Part shown: positions 51,690 through 64,000 of the stretch, piece by piece
Numbering within the stretch: the first letter of the stretch is position 1
How the letters are laid out: every line of letters starts with the position of its first letter
Source of the DNA: Oopsacas minuta
Lineage: Eukaryota > Animalia > Porifera
NCBI GenBank assembly: GCA_024704765.1
Contig: JAKMXF010000320.1
Span: 301,480-365,479 of the forward strand
Direction of reading: 5' to 3'
Length of the DNA: 64,000 nucleotides
Made by a program: the position numbers and the translations under genes
The notes under the pieces: model-generated
Told to the model about the DNA's origin: nothing
Database searches by the model: none
What the model saw: the letters and a program-made list of their open reading frames with translations, nothing else

Positions 51690-52223
51690 ATGGCTGAAAA
51701 AGTAACATCACAAACTGGGTTTGATAATATATACCCACATAAACGAAAAATCTATGAGAAAGAAGATATCAACTTCATCACATTAGACATCGACAAAGTA
51801 TGCCTATCAGAAGTTGTATCATATACATTGATAGAATCAGTTATACCAACATGGTCAAAACCAGGTGATTATTATACTTTAATTCCTTATGCTTTCAAGC
51901 AAAGTTTACTTGCTCGTTGATTTAATATAATTTCTCGCATAGGTCAATGGCCTGATTGCTTCTCAGAACCAGAAATGAAATTAGTAGAAATGCCTATCAT
52001 TGACCAGTATGTCAGACTATTGATGATGAAGTCTCGCGTATTTAAGTTAGAGGATAGTGAATATGTTATAATTACAGATTATGATCACTCACAAAAAGGT
52101 AATTTTACAAAATTATCACTAGTATTGTTTCCTGTTTGCATGTTTGTCCATCTGTCCTATATACTTGGTAGGTTAATCGGAACCAATTTTTACACTTTGA
52201 AAGTTATTACGAATGTAAAGTAA
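51690..52223 (+). pseudogene. Unassigned ~178-codon ORF with a single in-frame TGA
   Basis: Track ORFs 51684-51920 and 51975-52223 are in the same frame, joined by 18 open codons after TGA 51918-51920. Confidence 0.4.
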
Positions 52224-53589
52224 ACATTACTGAAATCTCACTATATCTATAGGCACTGATAATTATAACTTGCTTTCATGGCATAAAACTTTATAAATAA
52301 GTAAAGAAGACTGTAAACAGCAAAAGTCGTTGTATATTATATTAGAATTGATTAATCGATTCATAATTCAGATGACTACAAAAAGTAAATTAATATTGAA
52401 TTGTTCATTATTCTGGAGTTAACGATTCAATTTTTGAAGTATAGTATTCTCCGCTTAATACAGCCACCGGGTAATAGGTTCACTTGATGAGAAACAGAAT
52501 GCAAAATAATGTTAAATTGCTCCGTTTCTAGGGCCAACACTTTTATTTCGGGTAATCCGGCCAACATGGCCTGGTCCCAAGTGACCCTATTAACATTTAT
52601 TATTCTCACTACCAAAACTAAACATTATGTATCTCAAGGAACCGTTGTACTAAACGAAAGGAGAATCATAATTGAAACAAACAGGAATATATGCACATTT
52701 GTTATTACATGTTCTCATTATCAAGCTGGTGAACTCTGTTCACTAAATAATTGTTTGCAAGTTTGTGAAGCAAAAATTCTAGAAGACAATTTATTATTTC
52801 CCAAGTCTTAATGATATCTTTTTGTTTGACAGATCATACTTTTCACAACTTCCAATTAAATAGTGGTGGGCGGTATCTTGTTCTTGTTCTTCAAAGTGCA
52901 AGGAACACTTTAGACCCTATAATATTCTCGAAAAAGCTGGATCAAATACACAAAAAAGGTTGAATATAACACGATATCAACAAGACCAATGTCATTAAAT
53001 CTAGATGAAAGCCAAATAGAAATTTACACCCACCAGCACAGCTATGGCATCAATTTACCTTTAAATATGTATCCTGAAATGGAATTATGTGGCTATGGTT
53101 AAAACTCAATGAAGAAGAGAAGCTTAAACAAAAGAAGGTTGGAATAATTATCTATTTAGAAAATGATGTCAATGAATTCAAAGATTATAAATTTATATAT
53201 TTATATATTTATAATCAATGAACCATTCGCTCAGTCGTTTCGCGACGATTTCTCAACCACACTGCTTCTGGGTATGCAATTTTAATTTAGTATGGGCGGT
53301 TATCCACGCATTTAACTGTTGAAAACAAGTCTTTACAATTATAAAGTAATTTCAATATACATTTTTACTGTATCGACTATACTATAGTGTGGTGGTCCGG
53401 TATTAAAAGGGTCTTCTCCTAGACCTTCTATAAAATCCAAAAGAGTTATTAAAATTATAGGCCTAATAGCCTTTCCAACACGAGGGGAAATTTAATTAAT
53501 TAATTGTATATAGAAAAGGCAACTGGTCTACCTATAAGATTGTTCATATGATTGCAATCAACTTGTCCTAAATTACCCCTCCTACATTT

Positions 53590-55980
53590 GCCAGTACCAA
53601 GAGGAAAGCCAGGCTCCAATATATGATTGATCGGCAAGATTCTCGGTTGAAGGCTGAAACTCGTAGGAAGAGAGTTACGCGATGCCTCGATATGAGTGAA
53701 CGTCAGGCTACTCGGGTGACTATTGAGGCTGATGAAGACCGAGAGTTTCGATTTTATGATATGAGTGAACGTCAAGCTACGCAACTATCAATGACGACGA
53801 TTGAAGACCGTGATGTGTCCGTCTTAACGATAAGCGAGAGCGTTAAGCCTCTTTGGAAACATCTTTGACGGTGAAACAGGCCCTTGAAAGAAAGGTTCAG
53901 TTCAAATAAGCGTAAATCTCAAATATTCCATTATTTTGCCAGATCACTATTTGCCTGTGATGTTCCAGATAGTTTTGTGGATGAACATTCATGTGGCAGT
54001 TTTTAGTTTAAGCTGCTCTGTGAGTCTGGCTAAATCCTGGGAGGGAGAGAAGCTTTCGGGTAGTACTAAGTTATGAATCAAGTTCCCGCGTTGTTGTGGG
54101 AACGCGAAGGTAATTCTATCCCCTTTAGCTTTGATTCCTGACCTGTTGATGCACCTCCTGACTGCTACTGACCCGCGCGGAAGAGCTTCTCAAGAGAAAA
54201 TCCGGGCATACAATCGTGCACTGGCGTCTGCTTCTCTTGGGACTAATATATACAAGGTCTAGCAATTGCTAATGAGAGAGTATGCACATTTCGTATCCAC
54301 AGTGTAGTATGCCATTGCATTGGACAGTTATTGCCTAAAGATAATGAGGCAAGCAAATACCTGCAAATCTATATTCACGAAGGTACCGCTGATGCTGAGT
54401 GGAGAACGGTCTGCGGCGCCTTAGAGATGCGTCTCTTCTGAGTTGGAAATACTTCAACAGTTGCTGCATGAGAATAACCCTACCATTTCTTTCTTTAGAC
54501 ATGGTATAGAGGTGATCCGTGAAGAAGGGCATGATGATGTGAGATGGTTATCCTTTCCGAGGGGACTCCTGACTCTCGACTTTCTAATATACCACTTCCC
54601 CCGAAGTAGCTGTCTTTATTCCAGGTGTCGGCTATGGAGAGGAGGCAGCCAGCAGAGACATAGTGTCGTACATGCGTTTAGGCAAATGTTTTAGTTATAT
54701 CGGGATGCGAGGGGTAGTCAGGAAATATGGTAAGCTTGACTTTTTCATTACATTTACATGTAACCCGCAATGGGAGGAGATTACGTCCGTACTCCAATTA
54801 ACTCAAAAGCTGAGCTATCGTCTCGATTAAATGTCCGAGTGTTTAAATGAAGTTGCTATGCTTAATTGAGGATTTGATGAGTGGTTGCGTATTGGGCAAC
54901 TGAAAGGATATGGTTATATGATCGATTTCCAAAAACGTGGTCTACCTCACGCTCATATTTTGGTCATGTTATATGATCGCGATAAACCTCGAAATCCCAG
55001 TGATTATGATCATATTGTTTGTGCTGAGATCCCACACCCGGTTAAGCAATCCGACTTGCACGATATTGTTAAACACTGTATGATGCATGGCCCATGTGGG
55101 GTTGCGAAAAGAATGCACCTTGCAACGTGACGGTAAGTGCACTAAAAACTTTCCGAAACCATTTTCACCAATTGTTACTACAGCTGAAGATGGCTACCCT
55201 ATATATCGTCGTTGTGACATCGGCCGTGCTGTCAATGTGGGCGGATAAAGCTTGGTAATAGGTGCGTAGTGCCATACAATCCTATCCTATTACTTAAGTA
55301 TAATGCTCAGTATAATGTCGAGATTTGCTCTACAGTGAGTGCAGTCAACTATCTTTATAAAAATATCTGTGAAGGTCATGATAAAGCTATTGTGGAATTC
55401 ATGTCATGTGGCGAGGATAGATACTACTCCATCTAAATCAGTGAATGAAGTTTCCGAGTATTTAGAGGGTAGATATGTGTCTGCTGCCAAGGCGTGTTAT
55501 CGTATCTTTGGGTAGGAACTCCATGCCAAAATGCCACATGTGTTAAGGTCAGCTCTGCATATCAAGGATCGCCAGCCAGTGTATTTCCCTGAACAGGATG
55601 AACTAGAGGATGCATTGAATAGACAACATAATACGACTCGAGAGTCATGGCTCCATAAAATCGAACTCTTCCCGATGGGAAGGTCGTAACCTATGCGAAT
55701 TTTTCTGGTAAATTATTTGTTTGGGAGTCTAAGCACGTGTGGAAGGTTAGAGTGAAAGGACATAGTACCATGATTGGGCGCAACTATGCTGCACATCCTT
55801 GGGGAATGTGAGCGTTTATATATGCGAATGCTCCTGAACCATGTTAAAGGATGCGACTGTTAAGAGGACCTTCGGACTTTGGCTGATGGTATCGTCTACT
55901 GTAGGCCGCACGCAGACTAGGAATGTTGGAAAATGAAAATGAAGATGAATTGGATGAGTGTTTGACAGATGCTGCGGATG
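53590..55980 (+). mobile_element. Decayed Helitron Rep (HUH) region; no helicase part seen
   Basis: N-terminal AYNRALAS / FRIH...IGQLLP...YLQIYI, motif 1 YGKLDFFITFTCNPQWEEI, motif 2 DFQKRGLPHAHIL, MMHGPCG, FPKPF...DGYPIYRR, and VPYNPILLLKYNAQYNVEIC. Confidence 0.88.
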
Positions 55981-55999
55981 GAAGAAATCAGCCAATGGT

Positions 56000-57524
56000 G
56001 GAGTAATGGTTAAGAATGTCGTCTATCGGGAGATTTCTCATGCACAGGTGGTTGTAGAAATCTTTTGTCGTCCAGCATCGCCAGCATTGATCTTTATAGG
56101 TCATTTCTCAGGATTACCCGATAATTTCCTCTCATTCTGTACTCGTCTTCTCCCCCTGGTAAGAGAGGATTGATAGGAAATAGTTCTTAGAGAGAGAGTA
56201 AAGTGTCCAAGATCTTCGAATTTGGTAGTGGTAGAGATGTCGTTGCGAAGGAGACTCCGAAAGTGTGCAATCTTAACAGTAGTGAGGTTACATCCGGATT
56301 ATCTGATAGTCTTTCCCAGAGGTTATTAGAAGTCAAAACTACGCTCGGGAAGGTCTTTTGCATGGAACATCCTTATGTCATTATGCATCACTCACCGATA
56401 AATTGTTTAATAATTTGATGCTAGATTTAATTAATTTCCAGTTCACTGTGATGGTAACTGTTTATACCGAGCTCTATCTCATATCACTTTGGTAGTGATC
56501 GCCCTTATAATAACCTTAAAAGGTGTTTGTTCTGGACATTTTTGACAAAGCCAGAGCATTTTTTAATGTAATGGCTTGGACTGGGATATCGAGTGAGGAG
56601 GACCTTCACTTCCACTTTCGAGATATTTCAGCGCACAACAAATGGGGAAGAAACAAGGAATTGGATATCTTAGGGACTAGCTCGGATCGATGTGGTGACA
56701 ATAAATGCATGTGGTGTTGACCCTGCTAACTGGAGAGCCTGTACGCTATTCATCATGAATACTTAGATCCTACGTTAGTATGTGCTCCCATTTATGAAAG
56801 TAATAAATTTGTAGTGATTTTCTATTCGATTAACCATCATAAAAGAATTGAGCAGTTTGTTCCATTTTACATGTAACTCGATAATTTTACTAATCTGTGT
56901 GTGTATTGCATTTATTTGTAGATATACATGGATTGATTTGCGAATATTGTAAACTTCTTTCCTGAGACTATTTTTGCAACGCGTTACTTTAGCTATCTGT
57001 GTCGTCCCATTGTTATCCACATATATTTGGGTGTTAAACTGAGCACAGTAGTACCTTGGTATGGCTGTAATCATTACAGATTTCGGGAATCAGGTGTTCT
57101 GCCTGGAAGATACTCCTCTACTTAGGTAGAGAGTTGACAACAGGAGGAGCGACTGAAGCTCACGGAGAATAGACTACTTTCCTCACTGACTCTTCTACTT
57201 CTGTATAGCTGTTGACAGGTAGTGTATCTCTGCCTGTTTGATGCTTCTACTTCGGTGGTTGTGTTAGCAGGTGGGGTGGCTGGTTCCCCCTGTTGAATCG
57301 CTTACTCTACCTGGAGGACGCTTTCTACTTGGAGGACGCTTTTCCATAGGTTGAGCGACATCTTTGTCTGTTATAGACTCTATTTTGATAGATTTTTGAT
57401 GGACAGAGAGACTCCTCCTTCGGGTTTGAATCAGTGCTCTGACTGAAGATGCTTTAACTTCGGTAGTTGCATTGACAGCTGGCATGGCTGTATCCCCACA
57501 AATTGAATCGGCTGCTACTAACAT
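56000..57524 (-). pseudogene. Unassigned decayed coding tract convergent with the Helitron remnant
   Basis: One frame runs from 57074 to ~56000 with scattered stops (e.g. KTFPSVVLTSNNLWERLSDNPDVTSLLLRLHTFGVSFATTSLPLP). An S/T/P-rich stretch precedes it at 57524-57120. Confidence 0.25.
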
Positions 57525-57689
57525 ACTATATTACTTTGGTAGTTTATTTGTCCAGTAATGCAGCTTATTCACCGTAGGTATTATCTAGTACTATTTCTGA
57601 TTATGGTGCTACTTAGGTAGTGCTTCTATTGATTTGAAATCTGTAAACTGTAGGTTCCGTAACAATAGTTTAACAGTTTCAAACAAATA

Positions 57690-58417
57690 GAACCCCCGAA
57701 AGGGAAGGCAAGCGGAGCAAAAAGGCTAGGGGACCGTGGATCTGGCGGTAATTTTACTTCCCGACCCCTGGCCATCATAGAGAGGCTGGTAAGTGTACAC
57801 TTGAAATATTAATCCATGTATTCAATTTATTTAATTGTAATTGGTATGTAACTTTTTAGGCTCGAATGGAGGAAGCACGTACAGTTGGTAGTACTAATAT
57901 TACATTTCAGTTTTAACAACTCGATCTGTTCTATTTAATCCAATTCATATATTCTAGAATGAGGAGAGAGCCAAAAGGTATTGGAAAACAAAAGTAAGTA
58001 TATCCATGTTTATGCAATTTGTGATTCCTAAACAATTGAGTATCAATTCATTAAATATTCATCAAAATGGAAGAGAAAGGTGGTTGCAAAGGGGGAAATA
58101 CATTCAAAGTTAGTTTGTATATTTGCGTTTAATTGTATTAAGATATCCTCTGTCAGAATTTATCATACCTTTATATCCATTTAGATAGACTCTAAAATGG
58201 CCGGAACAGGGCCAGGGATGGGAACTGTGGGAAGCCCCTCCATAAGTCTATTTGTATTTGAAGTTATTATTTGATGTTTCATCGATAAATGTGTTATTTA
58301 ATTCTCCATTAATTCCTTTCACTTAATCTCATTTGTCTAGAAATTAAAGGCTGGAACACCATCCAAAGAGAGGCGGGAGGCGAGGGAGACGATCCCGCAA
58401 TACAAGGAGCAGCGAAA
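57690..58417 (+). CDS. Possible micro-exon gene fragment encoding a basic peptide
   Basis: GC/purine-rich islands bounded by AG/GT in AT-rich DNA: 57690-57788, from 57860 (donor uncertain), 57958-57993 and 58341-58417. They translate as NPRKGRQAEQKRLG..., ARMEEART, NEERAKRYWKTK and KLKAGTPSKERREARETIPQYKEQR. Confidence 0.4.
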
Positions 58418-59186
58418 GTAAGTATATATGTTTATTTACTGACATGTTTGTCAAATTTATAAAATAAATTATTTTTTGATATACGTACAATAGTGTTCTC
58501 GTACCCAAAGTTTTCCCTGAAGAATTATAAAAAAATTTTAATAGTAAAGATTTAATTGACTCACGTCTGGAATCATACCCGAGTTCAATACGCGTAGAAT
58601 GTTTCAAACATACATCAATGTAAATAATTATTATTCACTGTTGGGGTTGAAATTATCTTCCTTACCCCGGCGCTTATTCAAACCTCACAAAACTTTATCT
58701 TATATTTTTTGTAGAATAACACGAAGAGACAATAGATTGTAAATTGTTTAACTTTGGGTGCTCTGATTAATGTTATTTCAGGTAGGTGTTTTATATATTT
58801 ATTGTTTTTTAGATGAGGAATTGAAAGTAATCAGGTCAGTAGCTTGATTATGTCTTTAGGTACATAATTTACTATTTTCTCAATTCTTATTGAGTAGACA
58901 ATTAGAAATATATAAAATTTAGAAATAAAACAAAAATCACAAAGATACACAAAATTTATTCAAACAAAAACACAGCATAAAACTTCACCAAACAAAATAC
59001 TTTATACAGATTACGAGAAAGAAACAGAAGATTTGGAATACATACAAGGAATTATCTATTGAACAAGAGAAAGACGAAGATAGCAATTTATATGTAAACT
59101 TCTATCATTGCTTTTCAAAAGCAAAATTATATTGTTATGGAAATATCATAGTATATAAATTTAATTCTATGTACACAATTGATATA

Positions 59187-59451
59187 CAGTGCCGGATTTA
59201 GGTATGTGGGGGCCCTGTTCGAGGGCAATTTCCAGAGCCCCCTGAAGCCATTTCAAAGCCGTCACGGTTCGCCCACTTGTACTAATTCCTCAATTTAGAA
59301 TGCTTGTGTTTATTGTTCATGTGAAGGTTATGTTCTAGTATTTCTAGTATAAGATTTATAGTGATTAAAGTAGAATTACAGTGTGTATAAAATTTATGAC
59401 ATTGAGTTGTGGGGGGCCCTATTCGGGTGCACACTCCTAAATCCGGTACTG
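59187..59451. mobile_element. hAT-type MITE
   Basis: TIRs CAGTGCCGGATTTAGG / CCTAAATCCGGTACTG and an exact TSD TTGATATA (59179-59186, 59452-59459). Confidence 0.9.
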
Positions 59452-60604
59452 TTGATATAATTATATGAACTCGCCGTCGAGTGTAAGGTCACCACGAAGC
59501 GGTCATAGTCAAGATGCCTTACTTCACGTTGTGAAGCGACCGAGCACGATCGTAGCATATAAATTTCCAAATATATTCCTGGATTATTGTATAATCAGGG
59601 ACAATCCAGGGGTACAGTGAGGGTTTGCTAGAATGAACTGTATTTTGTTGGCCAACCCAATAGATTTAGTAAGCCGAGAATTTTTGATAAACGAAATATA
59701 TTTGGTCAACCGAAATACTTGTTATCTAATCGAGTACTGAATCGAAATATTGGGCAAATACATTTGGTTAAAGCGAATATTGAACTATTCGGTTGCAAAC
59801 TTGATAAATATATGTATATATACACATACTAGCGCACTTCGCTCGACTGGCGGAAGTATCCTTGAGCTTTGTCCCTTGATTTAGTATAAGTAAGAACTTC
59901 CAGTGGTAAATACTGTAATTATTCGAAGAGGCAAAGAGGTGAAACTGCCGTCATAATTTCATCATAGGTGTGAATTTCGGAAAAGATACGAACTTGTCCG
60001 AGCCAGGCCCAAAATACTCCTGTATGCCCAGATTTTGACAACTTTCGAAAGAGACAAAATTCTACACCATCGTACTCTTCCAGAATATTTATATTAGTTT
60101 ATAGCATTCTATATACTAAGGCAATGGCACTCTATTGAAATTTTTGTACCATGGACTGTCATTACCATCAGACTACATTACATAATAACTTTGGTATTTC
60201 TTAATATATCAAAATGATTTCAACATTTATGTGTAGAAATAACTGCCTGCTCCTTAGATCCTATTTTGGCATAATTTTGCCTGATTTATAAGACTTCAGT
60301 TTGCATATATTTGAATATCCAATTCAGTCGTATTGTTCGCGCGAATTAATCGCTTATAGTGCTTTAAGAATATATATAATTCATCATAAGCATAGAGATC
60401 TTATGTAGCAACATGCAAACTATGTATTTGCGTAAATATTTGTGACTACTTTTGAAATTTTGTGTCTCAAACGTCTTAATATGTAGAATATTATATCAAC
60501 CCATAAATTTTGTATTCAATGTTAATAATATATAATAATTATTGTAAATATTTTCGTTTCTTCCAATTACTGCAATATTTATACTGCATCATCACATAGT
60601 CAAC

Positions 60605-62599
60605 ATGACATGCTGGTACCTGGTTGTAAGTAGAATTATCACAGTCAAGGGGATTTATACGTGCCTACCTTATCCTTTACTACTGATGTTGAAACTCGTG
60701 AAAAGTGGTTTCGAGCGATCCCCGACCAAAGGAGACTATGAGGAGAATAAACGATTTTGGGTAAGTTGTTATTGAAATTGTCTGTGGTATAGTATGATTA
60801 TTTCTCTCTTTATAAGTCTGTATTCATCATTTCCGCGAAGAAGATATTGAGAGGAAAATTGAATATTGAATATTATAACGGAGTTGAGATGATCAAGGTG
60901 CCCAGGAAATAAGTTGTTCTCAAGAAATTTGCAGTTCCTAGTATCTTTCCAAATTGTCCAACTTATTTTACAGATGCAGTTGCTAAAACCCAAAGGCTAT
61001 CTCTAGACGATAAAGAGGAGAAGAGGATGCAGGATGTATACAAGAAAAGTCGAGCAGAATTTCAAGAGACCGAAGCTAGGTTCATGATTTCGAGTCTTAG
61101 TGTATATATCTAAGTTGCACATGATCGAACTCCCAAACGGTTGACTTTTCCATCGCCCTGATTCTTCCAACATACTATTTCTTAAGATTCAATTTTGTAA
61201 CGAAGTTTCCACTATCGAACGACATATAATTGTCGATGAAAGTTTATTTTGTAAGTCTTTTTATAAGGAAAAGAACAAAATTCAGCTCTCGTCTTCCTCA
61301 ATCAATGATATCAGGTTATTAGAAAACATGATACATGAAGTTAATTTATTTGAAATATCTCCAAGTACTAATATAAATACCTCTGCGACATCTCTGATAC
61401 ATCATGTGGAGAACTCAATTCATAGTCTTGGTCAAGGTATTGATACATTAGAGCACACTGATTCCAAATTATATTTCGAAATCGCTGAGGCTTCTTTACG
61501 AATGCGTCTTACTTTTTTGCTCGATCAGTTGAAATATCTAATCATTGATCAACATGCTCGAGGTTATAACATCATCACCCAGGTCTTTTGTTTAAAAATT
61601 CACGGCATTTCCCCAGCTAGTTACAGGGCTCTAATTGCTTAACTTTTCCTCATGAGCGTAATTTGTTGAAAGTAAAAAATAGTATTGGCTTAGAGAGTGA
61701 TTATACAAAAATTCTCAAGGAAGTTACCACTACATTCAATAATTTAGAATGCCAAATTATTCTTCAAATGGATGAAGTACATATCCGTGGTGATGCACCA
61801 TATAAGAGAGGGAGAGTAATTGGGTCGATTGACAATCCTAATGATCTATATACCACAGTTTTCTCCATGATGGTTTCTAGTCTATCGGCAAAGTTTTCTA
61901 CCATTGTTCGGTTGATTCCTTTGGGTTCTTCTTCTGCTGAATCATTGTATCCTATTGTCAGGTCAACTATCTGTGATATCGAATCTTGCGGTCTATTTGT
62001 AGAAGCTGTTTGTAGTGACAACTATACACTGAACGTTCGTTTATACAAATTGTTTTCAACTAGTCGAAACTGGAGACAAAAGTACAACACCCCTGCAACC
62101 CACATAGAAATTGTATTTTGCTCTTTGATAGTGTTCACATCATTAAGTGCATCCGAAATAATTGGTTGAATCTCAAAAATATTGACAACACTTTCATTTT
62201 CCCGAAGTTCAACGAATGTCTAGTAAGTATTCAAAATATCATTGACACCAACAAAAATTTTTACCTCTCCATCCCTAGAGCCAGCATTTCCACTGCCAAT
62301 TTGACTTCTAAATCTGTATATCCAGATATTTGTTACGCTCGATTTCAAGATATACGAGATTTGATTAGATCGGATAGATGTAATTTATTTGAAACGAGCA
62401 CCAAAATAACAGCTAAAGCTTGTTGACCCTCAAGCTTAGAACGGTAAAATGTCAGTTTTGTATTGAAAATTTCCAAGAGACAACATCTGCCGGCCTATTA
62501 GCTTGGAAAATCGAAAATGACATCAAACACATCAATCAAACGGTAGATTTCTGGATTTTATTAACGGGGTATGGAAAATATTCAATGTGAACTCGGTTG
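60605..62599 (+). mobile_element. Decayed THAP-domain P-element-like transposase, cut by the assembly gap
   Basis: THAP-like VPGCK...REKWFRAIP...AVPSIFPNCP, then LQMDEVHI, VFSMMVSSL, VCSDNYTLNVRLY and FDSVHIIKCIRNNWLN. Confidence 0.8.
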
Positions 62600-62600
62600 N
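62600..62600. other. Single N: probable contig junction or assembly gap
   Basis: The only N I saw in the window; the sequence switches abruptly from P-element ORF to the duplicated block. Confidence 0.8.
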
Positions 62601-64000
62601 GAATTACAGGTAGGCCTCAATGCGACAAATGTCCTGGCGTCATGATTTCGACCAAATACAAACTCATCACGAAATTATTGCGTAGAAATTTCGAGGATAG
62701 GTTAGAATGTTTTCATACACGAGGCACAAAATGTCAAGTACACTGCATCGTCTAAGCGGCCAAGAGCACTTTGAAATTTAGCGGTTTCATACTATGCACT
62801 AAGCTCAAAATGAGGTAATAAGTTGTCCGGAGCGGTCAAGCAAGCGAAGCGTGCTAGTATATATAAAGTTGAAACCCCTATTAGCAATTTGTTTACTAGC
62901 AAAATATGCATATTAGCAACTTTTTTATGGACATAGAGTACAGTTTTATACGGTAAATAGTGTTACAAAATGGCAAAATACGCGTATTAGCTAGGAAAAG
63001 CCTTGTTGCAAATACGATTTGCTATTCGGCGGTTTTCACTGTAGAATAATTGCGTTTTAATAGTATAAATGACTTTAAAATGCTTAATCATCGTTAAAAT
63101 TTGTCACTTTTCACGGCTGTTAGCTACAAAATTTCGAAAAAAATTCGAATTTCAATTAGTACAGTATATAGTATTCCATACGCTAAGGGGAAATCTCACA
63201 ATTTCTGAGCGTAAATTAATAAGCTGAATCATAAATTTTGAGTTGTAAATTTGTAATATTCAGATAAGGTGTACATAAGGTGTACAGTTCGACTCCACTT
63301 AATAGAATCACATATTGACTAGACCGTTTTGATCCGGTCAAGCGGAGTCAGTTAACACTACTTGCATGCATAGGTATCGTTGCAGGGGGGTTGGGCATTG
63401 TCCCATACCCTGGATTTGTTAAAATGATCTTTACGATAGAATCTTTCAGGGGAGGTACTGAGGTAGTATCATAAAAGGCGGTCTGTGTGCAAGTTAATGC
63501 TGAAAAATCCTCCACTTTTCTCAGTTCATTAATTTTCTCCATCCTATGCAAATAGATAAAGGGATATTCTTTATTAGTACAACGGGCGTTCAAAAAGTTC
63601 CCGACTCTACCCCATATTTTGTAACTAAACAGAATATACATGTACAATTCTTATATTTTTCTAAATAGTCACCATTAACGTCTATGACTCGTTGTAGACG
63701 ATCTGACTATTTAAAAAAATACATTTTTATAGTCTCGGGGCGGGATGTCTTTTAGGGATCTCCAAATTGCGTTCCCTAGGTCGATTCTGGTATCAAAATG
63801 CCTCCCTGCAAGGTCCTTTTTCAACTTTCCAAAGAGCCAGAAATCACAAGGAGCGAAGTCAGGTGAGTAGGGTGGGTGATCTAGCTCCACAACTCTCATT
63901 ATATCCAACTCTGACTTTATAAGCTTACTTTTATGTGGCCGTGCATTATCATGCAATAATCGCATGCCCCACTGTCCAGACTTTGGTGTCTCCTCTCCCA
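62601..64000 (+). repeat. Copy 2 of the 32390-33748 block
   Basis: Contains the Helitron-like 3' end (CTAG 62854-62857), a pogo-MITE remnant and the mariner end. Confidence 0.95.
63580..64000 (-). mobile_element. Mariner (DD34D) 3' portion, running off the window
   Basis: TA|CAACGGGCGTTCAAAAAGTTCCCG TIR; HDNARPH and HPPYSPDFAPCD. Confidence 0.9.

Noticed and set aside
51918-51920. Selenocysteine or programmed read-through at the in-frame TGA
   Set aside because: No SECIS or redox motif was recognised, and nonsense decay is common in neighbouring ORFs.
1-64000. tRNA, rRNA, operon or prokaryotic defence-system signals
   Set aside because: None recognisable by eye; tRNAscan-SE and Infernal would be needed to exclude small RNAs formally.

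Overview
AT-rich eukaryotic (probably animal) genomic DNA made mostly of decayed, nested DNA transposons. It is not prokaryotic, and I found no rRNA, tRNA or CRISPR array. Two recognisable host genes are present as single uninterrupted ORFs (TPGS2, 3657-4262; ABT1/ESF2, 41222-42022), plus an 820-aa orphan ORF (12777-15239). The transposon content includes hAT (ZMYM1-like, BED/Ac-like, Buster), mariner DD34D, maT DD37D, pogo/Tigger, Chapaev3-like, two MULEs, a THAP/P-element, a Helitron Rep remnant and many MITE/foldback elements. Several insertions have readable target-site duplications (TSDs). The most notable structure is invisible in the ORF track: a 7.9-kb TGT...ACA element (16261-24184) with a 4-bp TSD. 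It encodes a retroviral-type integrase in at least five phase-compatible exons (Ginger/Gin-like), hosts a MULE in its first intron and ends in a 35-bp subterminal repeat array. Other leads are a MULE transposase with a C-terminal RING finger, a possible micro-exon gene, unassigned decayed ORFs flanking the Helitron, and a ~1.4-kb near-identical duplication that starts at the single N in the window. All family calls come from motif recognition by eye; no database searches were run.
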